Origin: Fibrobacterota bacterium
GTDB lineage: Bacteria; Fibrobacterota; Fibrobacteria; UBA11236
Length of the DNA: 64,000 nt
Direction: 5' to 3'
Assembly (NCBI GenBank): GCA_947482115.1
Contig: CANKII010000004.1
Span: 133,304-197,303, forward strand
Shown: one piece after another, positions 56,645 to 64,000 of the stretch
Layout: the number at the start of each line of letters is the position of its first letter
How positions within the stretch are numbered: position 1 is the first letter of the stretch
Notes under the pieces: model-generated
Told to the model about the DNA's origin: nothing
What the model saw: only the letters and a program-made list of their open reading frames with translations
Databases searched by the model: none
Program-made: the position numbers and the translations under genes

Positions 56645-59002
56645 TTGTTGTCCTTGTGTAATTTCCGCGCTCTTCAATCTATGCGCGCCACTTTATTGGC
56701 CTTTGCCATTCTTTCATCGTTTCTGATGGTGGATTTGGCTCATGCCCAAGGAGGATCCGCTGTCATCACTTTGGTCATGCCGGTGGGCGCGCGTCAATTG
56801 GGCATGGGTGAAGCCGCCGTGGCTTTGGCGGACGACGTTTACGGAACCTATTGGAATCCCAGTGGCTTGGCCTTCGGTCCGGTGGCCAATGAATGGGAGT
56901 TGATGCTTCCCCGTGTTTATAAGGGTGATCCCTCCACTTCAAAAAGAGAATTCACCACCTTGGTGACACGCCCCCGATCGGGTTTTCTGTTAAGGTCCAT
57001 CATTTGGGCCGGCGCCAAGGATGGCCTCTATCATTACGACGGAAAAACATGGAGCGGCTACCATAAATACGACATGGAACAGGGCGACAAGATCGAAGCC
57101 GTTGTTCGACGCTATACGGGCAGCGGAGATCATCTTGAAGAGCGGGTGGCGCGGGTAAAAGAGTTCAATCATGTCCGGACCAAGGAGGACGAGGAAGATC
57201 TCATTACTCTGAAACTGCCTTACAACCTCCTCTTCCCAGGCCAGCCTGTGCGAGCGCTGGCCCTCGACAACTCGGATCGTTTGTGGGTGGGAACCCCCGG
57301 TGGCTTGTACCGTTTCGATGGACAGGGATGGAAGGCGTTTGATCGCGAAGAGGGATTCACCTATTTGCCGGACACCACTTCCGTTCAGGAAGATTCCTCA
57401 GGAGCAAAGAGCTCCGCTCCGCGTCCAACTGTCGTTTCCAAAAGCCCCTTCCGTCAGTTGGCGGTTACTGCCCTTGCAGTAAAGGGTGTGAGCATCTGGA
57501 TTGGAACCGAAGACGGGCTTTATGAATACAAGAAGAACACCATCACCCGCCGTGGCGAAAACATTCTCCCCACGCAATACATCACCTCCATCGGCATTCA
57601 TCCCGAAATAGACGAAATCTACGTGGGCCTCAAGGAACATGGACTCGCCCGATACAAAGCCCCCAAGGCATCAGGCGCTGCCGCCAAGTGGAAAATATTT
57701 GGAACCGTGGATGGTTTGGTGGATTCCAACGTCACTCAGGTGGTGGTGGATAAATACGGCCATGTTTACACGGCTCATCTGGGCGGAGTCTCACATTTTT
57801 CACTCCGTTCATGGGAAAAACTTCATTTCCGCAATCAGCAGATTCACGGACTCGCGCTGGATGAAAGCGCCCATCTCTGGATTGCAACTTCCGAAGGCGC
57901 TTGGAAATTCACTCCGTCCCATACCACTCCCAAGGGCCGTCGCGACGCGGCAGAAGCCCAAAACACCACCGGTGAAAATACGGAAAGTCAAGGCGGGGAT
58001 TGGATGCATTTTCATACCGGAAACGGTTTGAACAGCAAAGATGTCATCGCGTTGCAAACGCAGGGTGGCGATGTGTGGTTTCTCACGAGCGCGGGTGTGG
58101 AGCGCTATCACAGCGCCAAATCCCAGGTTGGCTTCTTTTATGAAGGTCTCCTTCCGGTTTTGAATCTCACGGATCTTTACCACGCTTTTCTCGGCACCAC
58201 ATTTCCCATTGAGGAGTGGGGAACCTTGGGCGGCTTCGTGAATTTTGTTTCCTTCGGTCAAAACCTCTCCGCTGGCGATGCCACTTCGGATCAGGCCAAA
58301 TTCGATGCCTATGAACTGGTTGCCGCAGTCACCTATGCCACCCGGTTGAACAAGGATGCCGGCATCGGCGTCAATGCCAAGTTCATTTATTCGGCTCTGA
58401 GTCAGGGAGTCACTTCCAGCGGGGAGAAAACTGACGGTGTCGCAGCAAGCTACGCAGTGGATTTGGGCTTTTTGCAGAAAAACCTGTTTACCCTGCGCGG
58501 CCTTTCCTTTGGATTCGTCATGCAAAACATGGGACCGGCAGTGTTTTATGTCGACCAGGCGCAATCCGATCCCATTCCGTTTACCTGGAGACTGGGGCTG
58601 GCCTACGAATTAATTCATACCCCCAACCACAAGCTCACCATCGCTGGCGATGCCAATCGCGAGGCCTTTTATCGTTACGGAAACACGGCTGCCCCGGTCT
58701 GGATAGGCTCCTGGAAGGAAATTATTCATCCAAGCGGCACGGACAATCTGACTTTGGCCCAGACTTGGAATGAGAACTTGCGCCGAACGGTTTATAACAC
58801 CGGTGCGGAATACGTTTACGCCAGTGTTGTGGCCGTACGAGCCGGTTATCTTCATGATTTCAGTGGACAGCGCTATGAAATGGATGCGGGTCTTGGGTTT
58901 ATGCTTTCCGATATTCTTCAGATCGACGGAACCTTCATAAAATCCTTTGACAATGGCATTCGAAACGGTCAAAAACGCTTCAGCATGATTTTGCGTTTCT
59001 AG
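56645..59002 (+). CDS. outer-membrane beta-barrel protein with inserted beta-propeller (two-component-regulator-propeller-like repeats)
   Basis: Signal peptide (MRATLLAFAILSSFLMVDLAHAQ). N-terminal ...GARQLGMGEAAVALADDVYGTYWNPSGLAFG typical of FadL/PorV-like barrels. Repeated DGLYHYDGKTWSGY / GGLYRFDGQGW / DGLYEYKKNT propeller blades. C-terminal amphipathic strands end in ...FSMILRF. The start is ambiguous (TTG 56645/56648 or ATG 56681). Confidence 0.55.
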   Translation: MLSLCNFRALQSMRATLLAFAILSSFLMVDLAHAQGGSAVITLVMPVGARQLGMGEAAVALADDVYGTYWNPSGLAFGPVANEWELMLPRVYKGDPSTSKREFTTLVTRPRSGFLLRSIIWAGAKDGLYHYDGKTWSGYHKYDMEQGDKIEAVVRRYTGSGDHLEERVARVKEFNHVRTKEDEEDLITLKLPYNLLFPGQPVRALALDNSDRLWVGTPGGLYRFDGQGWKAFDREEGFTYLPDTTSVQEDSSGAKSSAPRPTVVSKSPFRQLAVTALAVKGVSIWIGTEDGLYEYKKNTITRRGENILPTQYITSIGIHPEIDEIYVGLKEHGLARYKAPKASGAAAKWKIFGTVDGLVDSNVTQVVVDKYGHVYTAHLGGVSHFSLRSWEKLHFRNQQIHGLALDESAHLWIATSEGAWKFTPSHTTPKGRRDAAEAQNTTGENTESQGGDWMHFHTGNGLNSKDVIALQTQGGDVWFLTSAGVERYHSAKSQVGFFYEGLLPVLNLTDLYHAFLGTTFPIEEWGTLGGFVNFVSFGQNLSAGDATSDQAKFDAYELVAAVTYATRLNKDAGIGVNAKFIYSALSQGVTSSGEKTDGVAASYAVDLGFLQKNLFTLRGLSFGFVMQNMGPAVFYVDQAQSDPIPFTWRLGLAYELIHTPNHKLTIAGDANREAFYRYGNTAAPVWIGSWKEIIHPSGTDNLTLAQTWNENLRRTVYNTGAEYVYASVVAVRAGYLHDFSGQRYEMDAGLGFMLSDILQIDGTFIKSFDNGIRNGQKRFSMILRF

Positions 59003-59162
59003 GCTTTCACCCCTCCACTCCCCCCAACTTCCAAATAAAGAGATTTTCTCAAAAATCCCGATTTTCGGGGTAGGGCAAAAAAATTTTAAAAAACCCTTGC
59101 CAAATACCTCCAGTTGTTATTTTCCGTCCTGTAGACCACAACATATGGGATAGGGGGTCCGT

Positions 59163-59531
59163 TTGAAAAACATCACCAAGCAAGATCTTATTCAGGAATC
59201 TTCCTTGTCCAGTGGCCATCCACAAACTGAAACGCGCGCCGTTGCGGAGCAGTTTATGAAGGTCATTCTGGAAATGCTGTACGAAGAAAAGACCATCGAG
59301 ATTCGTGGATTCGGAACGTTCTACACAAAAGAACGCAAACCTCGTCCCGCCCGCAATCCACGCACCGGCGAGATATGTCCGCTGGACAAAAGACGCGTGG
59401 CCCTTTTCCGTTTTTCGCCCGAAGTGCGTCAGCACATTCACGAGATGCCGGAGCTTCAAGAGGCCATTGCAGCCGAAGCCTCCAAATTCCTCGAGTCCGA
59501 AGCGCGCATTTCACAAGCCCAGACTGCTTAA
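59163..59531 (+). CDS. HU/IHF-family DNA-binding protein
   Basis: ...IEIRGFGTFYTKERKPRPARNPRTGE... beta-arm signature. TTG start after GGGGG. Confidence 0.8.
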   Translation: MKNITKQDLIQESSLSSGHPQTETRAVAEQFMKVILEMLYEEKTIEIRGFGTFYTKERKPRPARNPRTGEICPLDKRRVALFRFSPEVRQHIHEMPELQEAIAAEASKFLESEARISQAQTA

Positions 59532-59578
59532 AAGCATTGTTCCATCGCCTGTATAAACAGGCTTGGAAGTCATAATTT

Positions 59579-59611
59579 ACCGGCATGGATCCCAATCCTG
59601 CCGGTTTTTTT
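59579..59611 (+). terminator. rho-independent terminator of the HU/IHF gene
   Basis: accggcatgga-tcccaa-tcctgccggt followed by TTTTTTT. Confidence 0.75.
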
Positions 59612-59870
59612 ATCCCCTCTTTTCCATCCGAATTCTCCAAAAATCAGCTTTCCCGCTTCACTTTAAAAACAGAAACTGATATGTATTTAGTATCAAATAA
59701 GTAGTAAATACAGTATTTTTTGGTTGATTAATGAGTTATTTTTGAATTCGTTTTTAATATTAATCACACTAATCAATCTAAATATCCAAAAAACCGTTGA
59801 CCATGACTCCGCATGGCGGTATTCTTTCTGTCAGACAAACGCAGAAATATTCGCACAACAAGGAGTCCAA

Positions 59871-60762
59871 AATGTTCGGTACCTCAACTCTCAAAAAGCT
59901 CGCAATCACCGCCCTCATCGCCGCCGGCCTCAATTTCGTCGGTTGCATGGAACAGAGCAGCGGCGCATCCGCCGGGAACACCAACAACCAGACCACAGCC
60001 CTTCACATCCGTGTCGGCGTGGATCCGGTTCGCGTTCTGGCCAAAACCAACACCATTTCGCTGTCCAAGATGATTGTGGTGCTGACCTCCAACACCAGCG
60101 ACACCATCCGGGACACCATCACCTCAAGCACGACCCCGTCCTTGAGCGCGACCTCCACTTCGGCCCAGACCATCACCAAGGACTACACCTTGAAGCCTTT
60201 GCGCACTTGGAAGGTGAATATTTGCACCAAGGATTTGCAGGACAGCGTGATTCACAGGGATTCCGCCACGACCCCGGTGCTTTATGCTGCGGATACGGCG
60301 AATGTGTCCTTGAGCCTTTCCTCACGCTTCACCATGTACGATGCCCGCTTTCTCACCATTCCTGACAGCATCAACTCTGCGGTGGTGGGTACCTCGAAGC
60401 AGGTTCTTCACCTGAACCGTCTGGTGTTGAAGGTGGACGGCGTGACCAAGGTGGACTCCACTGTTGCTCCGGGCCCGTACTTCACGGCTTTGGCCACTGC
60501 GGTGTTGTCCTACGACTACGTGACCGTGGGCAGTCACTCGATTCAGCTCTTGGCTTATGGCCCCATGTACTCCTGGAACACGGCGAACCCTTTGTTCAGC
60601 GGTACTCAGACGATTAACGTGGGAGCCGGTTTGGACTCCACGGTTGCCATGACCTTGGCTTGGGTCGGCCCTACGACCGGTACCGGTCACCTCTCCGCCG
60701 TCATCGGAAAAGTGGGCAAGATCACAGTAAATGGCTCCCTGCCTGGAACCATTATTCCGTAA
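59871..60762 (+). CDS. Thr/Ser-rich lipoprotein, paralogous to the N-terminal domain of the downstream Asp-box giant
   Basis: SD GGAG plus ATG at 59871. Lipoprotein signal MFGTSTLKKLAITALIAAGLNFVGC. The listed ORF start (59797) is an upstream extension. Confidence 0.6.
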
Positions 60763-60823
60763 ACATTGCGTCACAACCCTGAAGTGTGTTTCGGAGGTTG
60801 AAATGAAAGAAAATCCTAGATTT

Positions 60824-60860
60824 AAGAGGGGAGCCGAAAGCTTCCCTCTTGTCGGTTTTT
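60824..60860 (+). terminator. rho-independent terminator (10-bp stem with one G-U, then T5)
   Basis: aagaggggag-ccgaaag-cttccctctt gtcgg TTTTT. Confidence 0.55.
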
Positions 60861-60873
60861 AAAAAGAAGCTTT

Positions 60874-63800
60874 ATGCGAAAAACGACCCGGCTTGGAATC
60901 ACGATTGCCATCATGGCCTTTCTGGTTTCTTGCATTTTCGATTCAGAATATGGCATTGGCGGTCCGCCAAATTCAGCGCCGGGTTATTTGAGTTTGAAAC
61001 TCACCTTAGGCCCCAATAGCCGGGTATTGCGAAAAAAAGCCTCTACGGACACCATCTTCAATTTGGATACGCTCAAAATCGTTCTTACGGCCCCCAACGC
61101 CGCCACCCGGAATTATTCCTTTCCCATTAGCGGAAGATCTGACACGGGAGCCATTACCTATTCCGTTACGCTCGACTCCGTTCCTTCCTTGAAGACGGTA
61201 ACCGCCAAAATTTTAACCATCGACACAACCTTGAATCCGACAAGAAGGGACACCGTACACTTCGACTCTACAACCTTTTCGGTCAAGCCTGCGGATACAA
61301 CCCAAATTAGTTTCACGGTCAATTCGCTCTTTGCCATTCTGAGAGCCCGATTCGCCTCTTTCACCCCGGACTCTCTCACAGACACCGTGCAATATTTGCG
61401 GCTGCGCGTGGATGGAACAACCCGGGATTCGATACGGGTCGGCAATACACTCAATGCTGTTGATTTTCTCTCCGGTTTTACCGCTGTGGGTTTTGCTGCA
61501 GGAGATCGCGGCCGTATCATGAAGACCACAAACAGTGGAACAACGTGGTCGATTAAAACGAGTGGAACAACTCAAAGATTGAACTCGATTTCCTCTGTCC
61601 CCACGGATTCCAGCAAAGTCATGGCAGCCGGAGATAACGGAACCATTCTGAACACGGTGAATGGCGGGAGGACATGGAGCGCGCAAACCAGCGGCACCAG
61701 TGAAAATCTGAAACGCATTCAATTCGTCGATGCAAACATCAGTTACGCGGTGGGCGATGGCGGAAGCATTTTGAAAACACAAAATGGCGGAACCAACTGG
61801 TCCATCATGAAGAGCGGCTTTTCTGCGCTCTCCAGCGGCGTCTCCAACACTCTGAGTGCCACCGCCTTCGCGGATACCAATATCGGCTGGGCAGTGGGAA
61901 CGACCGGCACCCTGCTTAAAACCACGGATGGAACAACGTGGGCTGCGCAAACCAGCGGCACTTCGCAGGATCTGAACGCGATTTACGACAGCAGCAGCAC
62001 CAAGGCCTATGTCGTTGGAAACAGTGGAACGCTTCTCAAAACCTCCGATGGTACAAGCTGGTCGGCGCAAACTCCCGGAGTGACTCCGGACTTAAAAGGC
62101 GTACATTTCGGCCCCGCGCTGGCTTACGGCGTGGTTGTGGGGGATTCGGAAACCATTTCCAAAACCCTGAACGCAGGACTTACATGGTCCTCGCGATCCA
62201 GTGGATGGTTCACCTCTCCAAGCGGAATCAGCACCGCTATCAATTCGATTTTTTTCTTCGACGCCAGCAACGGTTGGGCGGTGGGAGCGGGTGGAACCAT
62301 TCTTCGCACCACCAATGGCGGAACCAGTTGGAGTGCGCAAACCAGCAATACCACCAACGCTTTAAACTCGGTTTATTTCTCCAGCGCCAGCATCGGCATT
62401 GCCGTAGGAGCTTCGGGAACCATCCTCTACACCAGCAACGGCGGTACTACTTGGAGTACTGGTACAGTCAGCGGAGGAACTTTGGATGGTCTCAATTCCG
62501 TTTCATTCGTGCTGACCAGCACCACGATAGCCTATACCGTGGGGGATAATGGCAAAGCGGCCAAGTCCACCAATGGCGGCGCAAACTGGACCTTTCTCGC
62601 CGCCGCAACCGTGGGCGCGGGATCGGGAAGTTTAAGATGGATTGCCTTTGAAAGCGTCTCCGTCGGTATCATCGTGGGAAACGCCGGAGCGACCCGCAGA
62701 ATCGCCGCCGCCAACGGCACCCAAACCTATGGCACGGGCGGAACGGTGGGAGGTGGAAGCCTTAATCTGAAATCCGCCAGCTACGGCTTTGCGGCCAACA
62801 CTTATGTTGTCGCAGGAGACGGTGGAATCATTTACAAGACCGCCAACCTGAACAATGCTTCCCCGACATGGACGGCCCTTACGAGCGGGACCGCGCAGAA
62901 CCTGACGCGCATTCACCTTACCAGCACCACAACGGGTTATGCCGTGGGCGCTTCGGGAACCATCCTCAGCACGGTGAACTTCAACAACGCAACCCCCGTA
63001 TGGACTGCGCAAACGAGCGGGACGACACAAACCTTGAATGCGGCCTATTGTCTGAGTGCGCTCACGAGCTTTGTCGCCGGAAATAACGGAACCATTCTTA
63101 AAACAGCAAACAACGGTGCAAACTGGTCCGGCAAGCCCACCAAAATGACTTTAAGAGGGGCTCATGTTTTCAGCGCCACATCCGCGATTGTGGTGGGAGA
63201 CTCGGGTGTTGTTCTGAGATCCGTAAACGGCGACTCGACTTGGGTTCCCTTTGCCAGCGGAACTACGCAACAATTGAACTCGGCCTTCCTCAGCTCAGCG
63301 ACCGTAGGATGGGTTGCGGGTAACGCAGGAACCATCATTAAAATCACGACTTTCTCAACCACACCCGTGTTCACTGCACAAACCAGCGGGACCACGCAAA
63401 ACTTGACCAAGATTTATTTCGCGGATGCCAACAACGGTTTTGCGGTAGGAAGTGCGGGTGTTGTTCTCAAGACAACCAATGCGGGAACAAACTGGACGGC
63501 AGAGGATACCGTGGGTAACGGGCAAAATGGAGTCTACCTGAATACGGATTTGCACATAGGTTATTCTGTGGGCGCTTCGGGAAGCATTTATAAAACCACC
63601 AGCTTCGGGGAACAATGGAATGCCTCTCCGTGGAACGCCACTTACTTCACCAGCGCAACAGTGGGCTATGTCGCCGGCGATGGGGGAGCGCTTTTAACCA
63701 CAACGGATGGCGGCAGAATTTGGACTGCGCAATCCAGCACCACCACCAATGATTTGTACGGAATGCGTTTCTTTGACGCAAATAATGGACAAGTCGTCGG

Positions 63801-64000
63801 CAACGCAGGAACCACCTGCAGAACCAAAAACGCGGGAACGCTGTGGGCCTGTTATACCGCAGGAACAAAACCCCTCCGAAGCGTGGTTGTCACTTCCATG
63901 GGCAACGGTGGCATCGTCTATGCCGTGGGCGACAGCATTTGGAAATCCTCGACCTTCGGCACAACACCTCAAACTTGGAGCTTGCTTACCAATCCTTCCG
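60874..64000 (+). CDS. giant Asp-box (BNR/Ycf48-like) beta-propeller repeat lipoprotein, partial (runs off window end)
   Basis: ATG at 60874, lipoprotein signal MRKTTRLGITIAIMAFLVSC, and no stop in this frame through 64000 (over 1040 aa). More than 20 S/T-x-D/N-G-G-x-T/N-W Asp-box motifs (KTTNSGTTWS, NTVNGGRTWS, KTQNGGTNWS, RTTNGGTSWS, YTSNGGTTWS...). It is not in the ORF track (no in-window stop), and the minus-strand ORFs listed at 61158-63972 are antisense shadows. Confidence 0.8.
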   Translation, partial: MRKTTRLGITIAIMAFLVSCIFDSEYGIGGPPNSAPGYLSLKLTLGPNSRVLRKKASTDTIFNLDTLKIVLTAPNAATRNYSFPISGRSDTGAITYSVTLDSVPSLKTVTAKILTIDTTLNPTRRDTVHFDSTTFSVKPADTTQISFTVNSLFAILRARFASFTPDSLTDTVQYLRLRVDGTTRDSIRVGNTLNAVDFLSGFTAVGFAAGDRGRIMKTTNSGTTWSIKTSGTTQRLNSISSVPTDSSKVMAAGDNGTILNTVNGGRTWSAQTSGTSENLKRIQFVDANISYAVGDGGSILKTQNGGTNWSIMKSGFSALSSGVSNTLSATAFADTNIGWAVGTTGTLLKTTDGTTWAAQTSGTSQDLNAIYDSSSTKAYVVGNSGTLLKTSDGTSWSAQTPGVTPDLKGVHFGPALAYGVVVGDSETISKTLNAGLTWSSRSSGWFTSPSGISTAINSIFFFDASNGWAVGAGGTILRTTNGGTSWSAQTSNTTNALNSVYFSSASIGIAVGASGTILYTSNGGTTWSTGTVSGGTLDGLNSVSFVLTSTTIAYTVGDNGKAAKSTNGGANWTFLAAATVGAGSGSLRWIAFESVSVGIIVGNAGATRRIAAANGTQTYGTGGTVGGGSLNLKSASYGFAANTYVVAGDGGIIYKTANLNNASPTWTALTSGTAQNLTRIHLTSTTTGYAVGASGTILSTVNFNNATPVWTAQTSGTTQTLNAAYCLSALTSFVAGNNGTILKTANNGANWSGKPTKMTLRGAHVFSATSAIVVGDSGVVLRSVNGDSTWVPFASGTTQQLNSAFLSSATVGWVAGNAGTIIKITTFSTTPVFTAQTSGTTQNLTKIYFADANNGFAVGSAGVVLKTTNAGTNWTAEDTVGNGQNGVYLNTDLHIGYSVGASGSIYKTTSFGEQWNASPWNATYFTSATVGYVAGDGGALLTTTDGGRIWTAQSSTTTNDLYGMRFFDANNGQVVGNAGTTCRTKNAGTLWACYTAGTKPLRSVVVTSMGNGGIVYAVGDSIWKSSTFGTTPQTWSLLTNPS

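Noticed and set aside
61158-63972. Six minus-strand ORFs of 60-285 aa listed in the track
   Set aside because: They are antisense to a continuous plus-strand Asp-box lipoprotein frame of over 1040 codons. They are GC-rich shadow ORFs with no motifs.
1-64000. CRISPR arrays, rRNA, tRNA, integrases and transposases
   Set aside because: No regularly spaced direct repeats, no rRNA-like or tRNA-like conserved stretches, and no recombinase or transposase motifs were seen on either strand.

Overview
This 64 kb window is a chromosomal segment with roughly 57% GC and about 60 tightly packed, mostly housekeeping genes. A fused SecDF, a DUF2723 GT-C membrane protein, a FolE2-type GTP cyclohydrolase and a T9SS-like C-terminal tail point to a member of the FCB superphylum, but this is uncertain. 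Recognisable genes include a truncated ABC ATPase, clpS, folE2, a dual cyclophilin-FKBP PPIase, the prfB-lysS pair with the programmed +1 frameshift in prfB, hisHF, bioB, an IscS-like cysteine desulfurase, two tandem ferredoxin paralogs, argCB, accA/accB/accC, a ribD-ribE-ribBA-ribH-nusB operon, fused secDF, cydAB with a convergent Crp/Fnr regulator, a CzcCBA-type RND efflux operon, and the rpmH-rnpA-yidD-yidC-mnmE cluster. The main accessory content is a seven-gene minus-strand glycosylation operon at 24.1-33.3 kb. It encodes three GT2s including an ArnC/DPM1-like pair, an RmlD-like reductase, an MprF-type flippase-like protein, a GT4, and a 950-aa DUF2723 (TMEM260/PMT-like) GT-C protein with TPRs. 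This reads as a polyprenyl-phosphate-sugar dependent periplasmic (possibly protein O-) glycosylation system. Other notable points follow. A family of REP-like palindromes sharing a GTAGGGGC core lies in three intergenic spots. A perfect 44-bp GC-rich palindrome is inserted in-frame in mnmE. The two ferredoxin genes carry 3' UTRs more conserved than their coding regions, with a hairpin showing a compensatory base change. An AT-rich, gene-poor island sits between prfB and hisF. An outer-membrane beta-barrel protein has an inserted beta-propeller. A giant Asp-box/BNR repeat lipoprotein (over 1040 aa, running off the window end) is absent from the supplied ORF track, and its N-terminal domain is paralogous to the preceding lipoprotein. 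The ORF track also misses rpmH (under 60 aa), and many of its listed ORFs are antisense shadows of real genes. No CRISPR array, rRNA, tRNA, integrase or transposase was seen.
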